Notes under the pieces: generated by a model | What the model was told of the DNA's origin: nothing | What the model saw: only the letters and a program-made list of their open reading frames with translations | The model's database searches: none | Shown here: positions 10,229-20,430 of the stretch, piece after piece | Numbering within the stretch: the first letter of the stretch is position 1 | Layout of the letters: the number at the start of each line of letters is the position of its first letter | Program-made: the position numbers and the translations under genes | DNA from: an uncultured bacterium | GTDB taxonomy: Bacteria; Abyssobacteria; SURF-5 | Direction: 5' to 3' | Assembly: GCA_964607485.1 (NCBI GenBank) | Contig: CAZSKP010000027.1 | Span: forward strand, 1 to 48,039 | Length of the DNA: 48,039 bases

Positions 10229-10356
10229 ATAGATTCCGCCCGCTCCCAAGTACTCCGAGGCAGAGGGAGCAAGGCCTGCCCTCCGGCGAATCCGTTCCCG
10301 ATATCACTGCCCTCATTTCACATTAATACGGGGAGCACGAAATACTTCACATTTTT

Positions 10357-10478
10357 GTCATCCTGAACGAAGGGCCACAGGCCCGAGTGAAGGATCTCAT
10401 GTTTGGCCCGAAGTTACTGTATTCTTCGAGATTCTTCGCGGAGTTTATCCTGAGCAAAGTTGAAGGGCTCAGAATGAC
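10357..10478. repeat. REP/MITE-like palindromic element (GTCATCCTGA...TCAGAATGAC)
   Basis: Imperfect terminal inverted repeats with internal GAAGGATCTC/GAGATTCTTC complementarity. Confidence 0.6.
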
Positions 10479-10564
10479 GACTATTAACTGCTCCTAATAG
10501 TAACTCAGTATGCTGTCCCAGAAGTACCTTTATAAATCCACCCGACGTGCCGTTGCCTGTTTAG

Positions 10565-10634
10565 GTCATTCCCACGAAAGTGGGAATCCAGTTCGAAGGG
10601 AATAATCGTGGATTCCCGTTTTCACGGGAATGAC
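10565..10634. repeat. REP-like double hairpin element, copy 1
   Basis: GTCATTCCCACGAAAGTGGGAATCCA...TGGATTCCCGTTTTCACGGGAATGAC; two ATTCCC-N-GGGAAT hairpins in inverted arrangement. Confidence 0.8.
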
Positions 10635-10698
10635 AATAAGCGCAAGGAACACGAAACATTATTCAAGCTTTTCCCGGGACAGGACACCAGTCTGAAGG

Positions 10699-10727
10699 TT
10701 GCCAAAATGCACACAATGTGATATCAT
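10699..10727 (+). promoter_or_regulatory. sigma70 promoter of the TA operon, probably leaderless mRNA
   Basis: TTGCCA-17-TATCAT ending 6 nt before GTG 10734; CACA-caa-TGTG palindrome in the spacer. Confidence 0.55.
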
Positions 10728-10733
10728 ATAAGG

Positions 10734-11012
10734 GTGAAAAGTATAAACTGGAATACGGAGAAAAGCCTTGCTCTCAAGGAATCGAGGGGAATCTGTTTCG
10801 AGGACGTGGTTTTTCACATTGAAAGAGGCGACATATTGGATGATTACGAGCATCCCGACCAGCGGAAATACGCCGGCCAGCGCATCATGGTCGTCGGCAT
10901 CAATAACTATGCGTATATCGTCCCCTATGTCGAGAACGAGGAAGAGGTGTTCCTGAAAACGATTATTCCGAGCAGGAAGATGACGGCGAAATATTTTGGA
11001 GAAAAAACATGA
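10734..11012 (+). CDS. BrnT-like toxin (type II TA)
   Basis: WNTEKSLALKESRGICFEDV...FLKTIIPSRK pattern, 92 aa, overlaps downstream gene. Confidence 0.75.
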   Translation: MKSINWNTEKSLALKESRGICFEDVVFHIERGDILDDYEHPDQRKYAGQRIMVVGINNYAYIVPYVENEEEVFLKTIIPSRKMTAKYFGEKT

Positions 11013-11287
11013 AGACGAAACTGACGAAAGAGGAGAAGAAAATCGTCGAGAGTCTGGAGAAGGGCGAGTGGGTTCCCGTGGAGAACCTCGCGCGAAGGAA
11101 GAAAGACCTGATGCGATACGCGCGCAACACCCTGCGAAAGGACAGGCGGCTCAACATACGGATTTCCGAAAGAGACCTTCTCGAATTGCAGAGGATGGCT
11201 GTCAAGGAAGGCCTGCCGTATCAGACGTTTGTCTCCAGCATACTCCACAAGTATGTCAACGGGACATTAGTCGAGGAGAAGGAATAA
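11009..11287 (+). CDS. Antitoxin with C-terminal CopG/RHH-like DNA-binding domain
   Basis: RLNIRISERDL...GLPYQTFVSSILHKYV; ATGA coupling to the toxin. Confidence 0.75.
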   Translation: MKTKLTKEEKKIVESLEKGEWVPVENLARRKKDLMRYARNTLRKDRRLNIRISERDLLELQRMAVKEGLPYQTFVSSILHKYVNGTLVEEKE

Positions 11288-11365
11288 CGGCTAAGATATT
11301 ACTGAGAACGACGTAACGAATGTCCCATATTCGGTTGCAGAGGCCCTCAGCGGCAAATCAACGGT

Positions 11366-11436
11366 GTCATTCCCGCGTACGCGGGAATCTATTGCCCTTC
11401 GCGGTTACTCTGGATTCCCGTTTTCACGGGAATGAC
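11366..11436. repeat. REP-like double hairpin element, copy 2
   Basis: GTCATTCCCGCGTACGCGGGAATCT...TGGATTCCCGTTTTCACGGGAATGAC; right half identical to copy 1. Confidence 0.8.
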
Positions 11437-11804
11437 AGGAATGGGTGGGGCATTACTAATGCCATTCTCAATAGCTCCATCGGATCCCCAACAAATGCAG
11501 CTACAAAGGCGGCCTGACGATGAAGAGCGGGCAGGTCAGCGTGCTGGACGCCTATCCCAAGCGCAATAGGAAATCTTGTTGACAGATGGGAAATTGGAAT
11601 ATAGCATATGAACATGTCCAATTGAGCAGCGCGGAAGATGTTCGCAAGAATTTTGCCGACAGTGATTTAAGAAAATTTTCAAGAGGGAAAAATTGGCTCC
11701 GCCCTTGACTTTCGGGAATACCCTTCGAAAATAATTGCCATTCTGATATAATACAGCATCGGTCTCGGCAAACGCTCAACCGCACGTTTTTTTGGGGAAG
11801 TATC

Positions 11805-13430
11805 ATGCCCGATAACCTTCTCTACTACGGCGACAATCTCGATATCCTCCGACGCTATGTCAAGGATGAGACGGTTGACCTTGTTTACCTTGACCCGCCC
11901 TTTAAAAGCGACCAAGACTATAACGTCCTCTTCGCAGAGCGGAACGGCTCGCAATCGGCTGCGCAAATCAAGGCCTTTGAGGATACATGGCACTGGGACC
12001 AAGCGGCGGCAAAAGCTTATGCCGAAGTGGTAGAGGCTGGAGGGCGGCTGTCTCAAGCAATGCAGGCATTTTGGACATTCATGGGCAAGAACGACATGCT
12101 TGCATATCTCTCTATGATGGCACCGCGCCTTGTCGAACTCCGCCGTGTCCTGAAAGCCACCGGCAGCATTTATCTCCACTGCGACCCGACGGCAAGCCAT
12201 TACCTGAAGCTGCTATGCGATGCAGTTTTCGGCCTCAAGAATTACCGCAACGAAATCGTTTGGCAGAGGACTACTGCGGGAAAACCAATTTATCGCAATC
12301 TTCCTAAGAACAGCGACATTATCTTGTGGTATTCCAAATCCGACCAGTACTTCTTCAAGCCCATATTACAGCCCCTTTCGGAGGATGATAAGGCGACATT
12401 TAATCTCGATGATGGAGACGGGCGCGGGCCATACAACACGCAGCCAATTATCAATCCGGGAGACCGCCCAAACCTAAAGTACATTTACACGGACCGGAAG
12501 GGTAGGCGATGGTATCCTCCCAAGACAGGGTGGCGCTTCAATGAAACGAGAATGAGACAGCTGGAAGCAGAGAATCGTCTTGCATTCGGAAAAACAACCA
12601 TCAGAGAAAAATATTATTTGAAAGAACGGGAGAAAAAAGGTAAACAACTCCCCAATATCTGGACTGATATTGCCATAGTTAGCGGAGAGGAAAGACTCGG
12701 ATATCCCACCCAAAAGCCAGAAGCTCTCCTGGAGAGGATTATAAGCTCAAGCTCTAATGAAAACGATATAGTTCTTGACCCGTTCTGTGGTTGCGGAACT
12801 GCCATTGCTGTCGCTCAACGCCTTAACCGTCGTTGGATAGGGATAGATATCACTCATTTGGCCATCACCCTAATGAAGCACCGTCTCCAGAGTGCCTTTG
12901 GCGAGCAAGTCAGTTATGACGTTGTTGGCGAGCCCGTATCGCTTCCGGACGCTGAAACATTGGCAGAGCAAGACCCTTATCAATTCCAATGGTGGGGGCT
13001 CGGACTCGTGAATGCAAGACCAGTCGAGGGAAAGAAGGGAGCCGACCAGGGCGTTGATGGGCGCCTCTTTTTCCGCGATAGCCCCGAAACCACCAAATAC
13101 AAACAAATCATTTTCTCGGTTAAGGCTGGCCGAGTAACCGTCTCACATCTTCGCGACCTGCACGGTGTAGTCGAACGCGAAGGAGCCGCTATCGGCGTGC
13201 TTGTAAGCCTGCGCGAACCAACAAAGGCAATGCGAAAGGAGGCCGCAAAGACAGGATTCTACGAATCCCCCTGGGGTAAGCACCCACGGCTACAACTCCT
13301 CACTGTGGCCGAGCTCCTGCAAGGTAAGCGGATTGACTACCCTGCGTCCAGACATCTAAACGTCACCTTCAAAAAAGCGCCCAAAGTAAAACACAAGAAG
13401 ACACAAAACACAGAACTGCCTTTCGATTGA
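11805..13430 (+). CDS. Site-specific amino-DNA methyltransferase (beta-type) with C-terminal Mrr/PD-(D/E)xK-like domain
   Basis: YLDPPF catalytic motif before DPFCGCGT SAM motif, YPTQKP; C-terminal GADQGVDG...FSVKAG. Confidence 0.88.
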   Translation: MPDNLLYYGDNLDILRRYVKDETVDLVYLDPPFKSDQDYNVLFAERNGSQSAAQIKAFEDTWHWDQAAAKAYAEVVEAGGRLSQAMQAFWTFMGKNDMLAYLSMMAPRLVELRRVLKATGSIYLHCDPTASHYLKLLCDAVFGLKNYRNEIVWQRTTAGKPIYRNLPKNSDIILWYSKSDQYFFKPILQPLSEDDKATFNLDDGDGRGPYNTQPIINPGDRPNLKYIYTDRKGRRWYPPKTGWRFNETRMRQLEAENRLAFGKTTIREKYYLKEREKKGKQLPNIWTDIAIVSGEERLGYPTQKPEALLERIISSSSNENDIVLDPFCGCGTAIAVAQRLNRRWIGIDITHLAITLMKHRLQSAFGEQVSYDVVGEPVSLPDAETLAEQDPYQFQWWGLGLVNARPVEGKKGADQGVDGRLFFRDSPETTKYKQIIFSVKAGRVTVSHLRDLHGVVEREGAAIGVLVSLREPTKAMRKEAAKTGFYESPWGKHPRLQLLTVAELLQGKRIDYPASRHLNVTFKKAPKVKHKKTQNTELPFD

Positions 13431-13522
13431 AACCACTGCAAGGCATGACAGATAAAAATACTCGCGATCATCCTGCCCGACATGACCTTCCACGAGTTGT
13501 ATGAGACCACGGCGGGTGCGCC

Positions 13523-14302
13523 TCACCCTTTGATGAAATCTTCGGCAAACTCGGCGATTTTACGTATGGCGGCCTCACACAGGTCGCGACCGATTTCGGC
13601 TGTCGCCATTTGAGGGTCGCCGAGAGCGCCGTCGGCCGTCCGTTCTTCCCATTCGTACGGAAATTTCACGCCGCTCAGTCCGGGCATAACATCCTGCGTG
13701 TGCCGATATTTCAACGGCTTCACGTTTGCCTTTTGAATCTTCTCCTTTCGCACGAGGTCGGGGATAAGGAAAAGGGCCTCCGATGTTTCGAACTGGCAGG
13801 CATGACCCGCTCCTTCGACCGTAAGCCGGTCAAGCACCTCCATCCCTCCGAGTTCCGTCGGGCGCACCATTGCCGCAGTGACGCCGAGTTCGTACTTCAT
13901 CCGCTGAATCGCGATATCTATGGAAGCGATGTTGCCGCCATGCCCGTTCATGATTATCATCTTTGTGACGCCATGCGCTTTCATGCTGCTTGCGTAATCC
14001 ATGAATAGTTCGATCAGGGTTGACGCACGGAGGGTCATCGTGCCCGGGAAGTGCATCAGTTCCGGCGAAACACCGACGTTGATGGGCGGAGTGACGAAGG
14101 CTTTCGGATAGAGCTTTCTGCCGAGCATCTTTGAAAGCGCATAGGCTCGGTTGTAATCACAGGACAGGCATATGTGAGGTCCATGTTGCTCCGTGGACCC
14201 GGCGGGAACAATTGCGAGTTTCACCGTCTTCAGCGCCTTCTCGACTTCCGGCCACGTCATTTCTTCAAGCAGATAGATGTTCTCTTTGGCTTTGGCTGAC
14301 AT
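13523..14302 (-). CDS. Creatininase family amidohydrolase
   Basis: EEMTWPEV, PAGSTEQHGPH, NGHGGN, HACQFETS, GALGDP. Confidence 0.9.
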   Translation of the reverse strand: MSAKAKENIYLLEEMTWPEVEKALKTVKLAIVPAGSTEQHGPHICLSCDYNRAYALSKMLGRKLYPKAFVTPPINVGVSPELMHFPGTMTLRASTLIELFMDYASSMKAHGVTKMIIMNGHGGNIASIDIAIQRMKYELGVTAAMVRPTELGGMEVLDRLTVEGAGHACQFETSEALFLIPDLVRKEKIQKANVKPLKYRHTQDVMPGLSGVKFPYEWEERTADGALGDPQMATAEIGRDLCEAAIRKIAEFAEDFIKG

Positions 14303-14467
14303 GATTGAATCTCCGTTGCAGAATCACTTTTTGAATATTCTTATATCGACCCGACCATTACCGTTCGCCCCTATGGCGCCACCCGTAGAGAATGTCGCCT
14401 CGTTCCGAACGTCATCGCGCGAATTCTCATTATTCATCCTCCTCCCGGCTGGCTGAAACGTGAAGTC

Positions 14468-15682
14468 TCAACGATATGACTTTACCGTATCAATCATTGC
14501 CCTGATGTTCTCCAGAGGAGTCTCGAGGGCCACCTCGCACCCTGCGGAAAACATGTAGTTGGGCACATCGCGCATGCTGTCCAACAAATTCCTGGTGACG
14601 CGCGCCGCTTCTTCCGGAGTTCCAGTCAGAAGCGGGCCCACCGGGTCCAGATTGCCGATGATGGCGACATCGGGGGGAACCCTGGATGCAATCGCCGGCA
14701 GATCGACGAGCGTATCCAGACTTATTCCCTGTACGCCCGTCTCGCACATCGGCTCGATGATGTGAGAGGTTTTGCCGCAGATGTGGAGAATCGCAGGGAT
14801 ATCGAGGGCCTCCACGACCCGTTTGGTGTAAGGGGCGGAGAACCTTTCGTATTGCTTCCGCGAGAGCAGGCCGCTGGTCGGGTCTCCTATATAGACGATG
14901 TCGGCTCCGGCTGAAGCCATTGCCTGCGCCCCCATGATCGATACATTGGTGCAGAATTCCACAAGCCTCTCCACAAATTCGGGCTCCCTTATGGTCTTCT
15001 TGGCCAACGGTTCCAGGCCCGCCAGGATGGCGGCCATGGAAAAGGGACCTCCGCCGAGAAACAGCCTGAACAGAGTGAAGCGCTCCGCCATTAAACTGAA
15101 GACGTTGAAATTGTTCAGGAGGCGGTCATGCATCTGGAGGCCGGAATCTTCAAGCCGGGCAATATCATCGAGGTCCTTGACGGAATGCTCCGTCACCGTG
15201 GCGACGGAGTCCTCGTGAATCTTCACCTTGCAGCCATAGCTCTGGGCGAACGCGGAAATGTCGGGAACGCAGGAGAACGCAAACTCGGTCCGGAGCGTAT
15301 CGGCGGTGTAACTGAGCGAATCGAAGGCGATCTCCGGATCCAATATGTTCTCTTTGAGCTTCGTATTGTTCAGCCTCGCCATGACGATGCCGACAAGCAG
15401 AAATATCATCCGGCGCTCGGCCATATTCATGATATCGACCAGCCTCATCCCGCGAAATGTTTCCAGAATGGAGAGCCCCAGAGGGCGAAGACTCTTCTGG
15501 CATCCGATCCAGATGAACATGTCAATCAGCGGCTCGGCGTTTTCGCCTGCTTCCTTTTTTCTCACCCATTCCTGAAGTCTGGCCGCTTCCGGTCTGGACG
15601 CATTCTCATTTGCCCAATCCCTGACCTTACGGATAATCTCCTTCGACTTCTCCTCACAAATACCGGCGCCTTCTGTATCCAT
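14468..15682 (-). CDS. Uroporphyrinogen decarboxylase superfamily protein, MtaA/CmuA-like methyltransferase
   Basis: GGPFS, GADIVYIGDP, LHICG and SAGCEV Zn ligands, GNLDP; start at MDTEG (15682) after GGAGG. Confidence 0.8.
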   Translation of the reverse strand: MDTEGAGICEEKSKEIIRKVRDWANENASRPEAARLQEWVRKKEAGENAEPLIDMFIWIGCQKSLRPLGLSILETFRGMRLVDIMNMAERRMIFLLVGIVMARLNNTKLKENILDPEIAFDSLSYTADTLRTEFAFSCVPDISAFAQSYGCKVKIHEDSVATVTEHSVKDLDDIARLEDSGLQMHDRLLNNFNVFSLMAERFTLFRLFLGGGPFSMAAILAGLEPLAKKTIREPEFVERLVEFCTNVSIMGAQAMASAGADIVYIGDPTSGLLSRKQYERFSAPYTKRVVEALDIPAILHICGKTSHIIEPMCETGVQGISLDTLVDLPAIASRVPPDVAIIGNLDPVGPLLTGTPEEAARVTRNLLDSMRDVPNYMFSAGCEVALETPLENIRAMIDTVKSYR

Positions 15683-15803
15683 GCTCCGCCTCCAGCCACT
15701 ATTGATGTGTTGCAAGAAGGACACCCGAACGACGGATGGACGGTCTTTCCTTTTGCCGCTCTCCTGACGCGTCGGCCGGCGTGTGCCATGAGTGAAACGA
15801 CGC

Positions 15804-16475
15804 TCAGACGAGCAGCACGGCGATGATGCTGGAGAAGAATATCCCGTCGAATGTGCCTGCGCCTCCGATGGAGACGAAGGGAGACCCAAGCGAGCTGATT
15901 TTCCCCAGGTTGAGAATATCCGCGCCGAGCAGTGTCCCGACACTCCCGGCTATGTATGCTATCCGGGGAGCCTCTTTGCGCATCAAGATAAGGGCGGACA
16001 TGGCTGCCGCTATGGGCGGAATGAAGGTCGGAATCGCGATTCCAACCCCTCGTATGGGTGTGGCGAAATGGTAGGACACCGCGGTCACGATGGCTACTGC
16101 TGTGAGCGCCCTCAAGGGACGCGAAATCTTGAGCAGGAGGTACAGCGAGACGACCACTGGTATGATTGCGCCGCCAAGATTCACCGCGACAATTGTTTCC
16201 TTCGTCGTCGCCCATGCGGGGACGACGATTTGCATCCCGAAGTAATGAACCGGTTCTTCGAGGGTTATCGTTTCGCCTGGAATCCTTGCGACCGGGATGT
16301 TTATCGCGCTTCCAAAGAATGACAGGAAGAGTATGATGAACACGTAACGATGGTCTATCCCCACTTTCTCGAGCGCATAGCCGATGACCTTGATTTCGAT
16401 CATCACGAAAAGGAATACCAATAGCAGGAAGAAGAATACGCCGTATTTCGCCAGAAAGGGAAAAAAGTGATACAT
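15804..16475 (-). CDS. DUF1614-like membrane protein
   Basis: GSAINIPV, AVNLGGAIIP, GTLLGADILNL, SIGGAGTFDGIF; hydrophobic. Confidence 0.8.
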   Translation of the reverse strand: MYHFFPFLAKYGVFFFLLLVFLFVMIEIKVIGYALEKVGIDHRYVFIILFLSFFGSAINIPVARIPGETITLEEPVHYFGMQIVVPAWATTKETIVAVNLGGAIIPVVVSLYLLLKISRPLRALTAVAIVTAVSYHFATPIRGVGIAIPTFIPPIAAAMSALILMRKEAPRIAYIAGSVGTLLGADILNLGKISSLGSPFVSIGGAGTFDGIFFSSIIAVLLV

Positions 16476-16711
16476 GCCGGTGTTCCTCCCTGCACAAAGG
16501 CCGTTTCGTTCCCGGATAGCAGCTCAGGGGAATGTGGCGCTCTCCATGAGTTTCTGTTTCAGCAGAGGCTGGACAGTCGCCAGCACCACAAATATCCAGA
16601 ACAAATCCAGGATGGAAGGGGCGGCCATGTGAGTTCTCCTCATGTAGTGAGCGTATCTTGACTCACTTGAGCGAGGTCAGAGCAAGATGGGCGGTTGCTG
16701 CGCGCTCGTTC

Positions 16712-17557
16712 TCATGCTAAACCGTTCAGATTCCTTATTTTCCGATAGTTTTCACGCACATCTTCTGCACGCGTTATATGTCCGAAGTCCCTTTCAATAT
16801 AATAGGTCGCAAGGCTGCAGTCAAGCACATATGGCACGTGCTTCTCCGTGTATCGCAAGATCAGTTCCCAGTCCACCAACGCCGTCAGCTCTTCATTGAA
16901 TCCCCCGAACTCCTCAAACAGGAGGCTTCGATGCATGAACACATTCATGTCGATATAGTTTTTCATTAAGAGGCGTTTTCTGTCATATTCCTTCAATCTT
17001 ATGTAATCTCTTTTTCCGACGTTGTCTATCACCCTCACTCCGCAATACATGGTGTTCACGTTCGGGTTATCAACGAACGTATTCACCATGAGGAGAAGAT
17101 AATTATCGGCCCATACATTGTCGGAGTCGAGATAGGCTATGAGTGAGCCGGTCGAGTGTTCGAGCCCGACATTCCTCGCGTGGCTCACGCCCGTGTGTCT
17201 GCTTTTTATGTACCGGACTCTTCCATCTTGTTCATAGTTTGACTTCACTAGATCTTCTGTGCTATCAGTGCTTCCGTCGTCGGACACGATAAGCTCAAGA
17301 TTTCCGTAAAGCTGTCCCAGGGCCGAATCGATCGCTCTCCCGATAACGAAAGCCCTGTTCCAGGTCGGCATTATCACCGAGACTTTCGTGTCCTGCGGCC
17401 TTTTTTCATACCTCTGGGTGAGTCTCAGCTCGTTTATCTTGAGCCTGAAGGCGTCGCCGGCGATGAGAGATTCAAGCTCATCGGCCCGCCCAGGCGCTTT
17501 GGCTTGGGCGGATTCAGCTGTCCGTTGAGGCGCAGTGTGGTCGTGCATGATTCTCAT
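16712..17557 (-). CDS. Glycosyltransferase family 2
   Basis: VSVIMPTWNR, VSDDGSTD, ARNVGL, AYLDSD. Confidence 0.92.
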   Translation of the reverse strand: MRIMHDHTAPQRTAESAQAKAPGRADELESLIAGDAFRLKINELRLTQRYEKRPQDTKVSVIMPTWNRAFVIGRAIDSALGQLYGNLELIVSDDGSTDSTEDLVKSNYEQDGRVRYIKSRHTGVSHARNVGLEHSTGSLIAYLDSDNVWADNYLLLMVNTFVDNPNVNTMYCGVRVIDNVGKRDYIRLKEYDRKRLLMKNYIDMNVFMHRSLLFEEFGGFNEELTALVDWELILRYTEKHVPYVLDCSLATYYIERDFGHITRAEDVRENYRKIRNLNGLA

Positions 17558-18543
17558 TTTCTCCCCACGACGAGTTGGGAGCCGTCGATGGGGATTCGGT
17601 GAACATCTCTGAAGCCCGACTGTTCCAGCAGGCTTTTCACTTCCGCATATGAATAGGAACGGCCGCTCGGAGTCCCCACGAGCATGTTCACTCCAAAGAT
17701 GGCCGCAGAAGCGGGCTTCGTCCTCGATTCATCGAGTATCGAATCCCGGATGACCACCCGGCCGCCATCCGTGAGAGACTTGTGCACTTTCCGGAGCAAA
17801 AGAGAATTCTGCTCTTCTCCACAGATGCAGATGATAGAAGAAAGGAACACCAAGTCGTACTCGCCGCCCAGTTCGTCCGCGAGAAAGTCTCCCTTCCTCA
17901 GGGTGACGCGGCCATCCAGGTTCTCTTTCTCGATTTCTTCTCCCGCTATCTTCAGGGCGCGGTCGTCCTTGTCGAATATGACCGCCTCCATGCCGGGATA
18001 GCGCCGGACAAACGCCAGCGCGTACGAGCCGGGACCGCCGCCAAGGTCCAGCATGCGACGAACACCCGCGCAGTTCAGAACTCTTGCCACTTTGTCGGCG
18101 CCGAATCGCGCCCGCTGTTTCATAGCGAGGGCCAGATTCTCGCTCTTTTGACCCGTCCACTCTCCTCCGCGGGGCAGGCCTGTTCTCACCGTTTCCGTTA
18201 GATGAGACCAGCGGTCCCAGAGGTGGACATTGTGGCTTAATCCGCCGCCCTCGTAGTCCGGCGTGCCCGGCATCAGAAAGCCTGCAAGCTCCTTGACGTT
18301 TGCAAACAGTTCGCCCTTCTTTTTCAGAAGCTCCATCCCGACGAGCGCATTGAGCAATATCTCGGTGGCTCTCTCGTCAGTCTGCATTTTCTTCGCAAGG
18401 TGCGACGCGCTCAGCTCGTCGTTGCCCAGTTGACCGAAGACATCGAGCTCGAGAGCCGTCAGGAAAATGCGAGAAGGCATATAGCCCCTGGCCAGGGCGA
18501 TCAGGCGCGGCAGGTGTCCATGGTGAGAAGCAGATTCACTCAT
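17554..18543 (-). CDS. SAM-dependent O-methyltransferase with N-terminal dimerisation domain
   Basis: LDLGGGPG, KGDFL, YDLVFLS; winged-helix N-terminus; start at MSESAS (18543). Confidence 0.9.
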   Translation of the reverse strand: MSESASHHGHLPRLIALARGYMPSRIFLTALELDVFGQLGNDELSASHLAKKMQTDERATEILLNALVGMELLKKKGELFANVKELAGFLMPGTPDYEGGGLSHNVHLWDRWSHLTETVRTGLPRGGEWTGQKSENLALAMKQRARFGADKVARVLNCAGVRRMLDLGGGPGSYALAFVRRYPGMEAVIFDKDDRALKIAGEEIEKENLDGRVTLRKGDFLADELGGEYDLVFLSSIICICGEEQNSLLLRKVHKSLTDGGRVVIRDSILDESRTKPASAAIFGVNMLVGTPSGRSYSYAEVKSLLEQSGFRDVHRIPIDGSQLVVGRK

Positions 18544-18581
18544 CCGGTCGGGCCTTCTTCTCAGGCGCGTGCGAGAGAGGG

Positions 18582-19397
18582 TCAGTACTGAATCAAAGAC
18601 CCATCCATCTTCGCCTTCTTCACCGCAAACTTGAACATCGAGAGACTTATCGGCAGCATCACGATTGAGAAGACTAATAGAGGAATTATGCTCGGCATCA
18701 GGCCGGCCATCGTGTAGCCCTTGAGCAGAGCCAACCTCATGCCTTCGAGAGCATATGTAATCGGCAACAGATACGAGATTTTTTGCAGCCACCCCGGCAG
18801 GACCGCGACCGGATAGAATACCCCACCCAACAGCCAGGACACATTGCTGAACACCCAGGTCAGAGGGTCGCCTTTCTTCAGAACCATGATGAAGCTGGCA
18901 GAGACGATGCCCAGGCTGCTGAACGATATGATGGTAAGGAGCAGGATGACCAGAGCGCCGATATAATTGGCATCGGTTATTCTCAGGCCGAAAAACAGCG
19001 CGCCCAACAGCAGAAACACGATGACTCTCACGGAAGTTATGAGAAAGCTGTACAGGGACGATGAGATGATGATGGTAGGAATCCGCGTCTGGGTGACGAG
19101 CAGGGCCTCAAGCGTGCCCAACACCTGCGCTTCCGAGATACACCTTGAAAAGCTGCCCAATGAAACCCGAAGGTAGCTGGCGAAGGCGATGCCTATCAAA
19201 ACGAAAGAGAAATAATCTCCGCCGTAGGGTTTGAGGTACGGCGTGACGGCGCTTCCGAAAAGCTTCGACAGAAAGAAGAACGTCAACGAGGCGAAGAATA
19301 TTCCGAACCATTGCGCCAGGAATGCGAATTTATAGTTGGCGGAGTGGATGAAGTCCTTGTAGATAAACGCGAAAGGTTTCTTGAGCGCTAGAATCAT
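18582..19397 (-). CDS. ABC-2 type exporter permease
   Basis: Multiple hydrophobic segments, GTLEALLVT, GGVFYPVAVLP..LQ, LPITYALEGMR. Confidence 0.88.
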   Translation of the reverse strand: MILALKKPFAFIYKDFIHSANYKFAFLAQWFGIFFASLTFFFLSKLFGSAVTPYLKPYGGDYFSFVLIGIAFASYLRVSLGSFSRCISEAQVLGTLEALLVTQTRIPTIIISSSLYSFLITSVRVIVFLLLGALFFGLRITDANYIGALVILLLTIISFSSLGIVSASFIMVLKKGDPLTWVFSNVSWLLGGVFYPVAVLPGWLQKISYLLPITYALEGMRLALLKGYTMAGLMPSIIPLLVFSIVMLPISLSMFKFAVKKAKMDGSLIQY

Positions 19398-19401
19398 CGG
19401 T

Positions 19402-20406
19402 TCATTCAACCACCCTTGCAAATATTTGGTCAAGGGATTCTTCCAGCGGGTAGCAGGCTTCTATCTTGATTCCGGCCAGCACGATCCTCTCGATTATCTC
19501 TGATACGTTATCCTTCGATGAACTGATTTCGACCCTGACGGCCGATCCGTTGGCATCCGAAGATTCGGACGAGATTCTGTCGATCTTATCCGTGAAGTAA
19601 GAATTGGACAGTTCGCGCTTCAGATGTTCTAAGGGGCTCTTGAGCTTCAGGACATACCTGTCTTTCCCATTCAGGATTCGCCTGATTCCGTCCAGCGAAT
19701 CGCAGATTCTTATCCTTCCTCGATGCACGATGGCGATCCTGTCGCACAATTCCTGGGCCTCCTGCATGTTGTTCGTGGCCAGGACGACCGTTCGCCCCTC
19801 CTTGCCGACTATCTGCTCTTTGATAAATTTCCTCAGGTCGCGCGTGACTAGCGGGTCCAGCATTCTGGTCGGCTCGTCGAGAAAAAGAATCTGCGGATTG
19901 GTGAGCATGCCTCTTGCGACGGCCAGCTTCTGTTTCATCCCCGAAGAGTAATCCTTGAAGACCCTGTCGATGTCATCTTCCAGCCCGGTAAGCTCGACCA
20001 CCTCTTCTATCCTCCGCGCGGCCTGTCGGGCGGAAAGGTTGTTGAGCGTCGCAAAGAATTTGAGGTTCTGTCGGCCCGTGAGCCTCCAGTAGAAGCTCCT
20101 CTCTTCGCTTATCACATAGCCGATGTCTCTCCTAATTTCTTTACCATGATCGGCGACATTGTATCCATTGACGAAGGCGCTTCCCTCGTTGGGCAGCACG
20201 AGTGTGCAGAGAATCTTTATCAGCGTCGTTTTCCCCGCTCCGTTCGGACCCAACAGCCCGAAGAGCTCACCCCGTTCGACCTGGATGTTGATATCTTCGA
20301 GAACAGTGGTTTCCTTTCTTCTGAGCGGATGCATCAGAAGTTCGCGGTATCCCTTGATCCGGGGGAATCTTTTTGTGAGATTGATTGTTTCTATCGCGAG
20401 AGCCAC
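19402..20406 (-). CDS. ABC exporter ATP-binding protein
   Basis: GPNGAGKTT, YSSGMKQK, LFLDEPT. Confidence 0.93.
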   Translation of the reverse strand: MALAIETINLTKRFPRIKGYRELLMHPLRRKETTVLEDINIQVERGELFGLLGPNGAGKTTLIKILCTLVLPNEGSAFVNGYNVADHGKEIRRDIGYVISEERSFYWRLTGRQNLKFFATLNNLSARQAARRIEEVVELTGLEDDIDRVFKDYSSGMKQKLAVARGMLTNPQILFLDEPTRMLDPLVTRDLRKFIKEQIVGKEGRTVVLATNNMQEAQELCDRIAIVHRGRIRICDSLDGIRRILNGKDRYVLKLKSPLEHLKRELSNSYFTDKIDRISSESSDANGSAVRVEISSSKDNVSEIIERIVLAGIKIEACYPLEESLDQIFARVVE

Positions 20407-20430
20407 GTTCGTTCTCTTCCTAAGATCAGG

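Noticed and set aside
14468-18792. Long N-terminal extensions in the ORF track (15943, 18792; also 46493)
   Set aside because: They overlap neighbouring genes and lack family similarity; downstream starts were used instead
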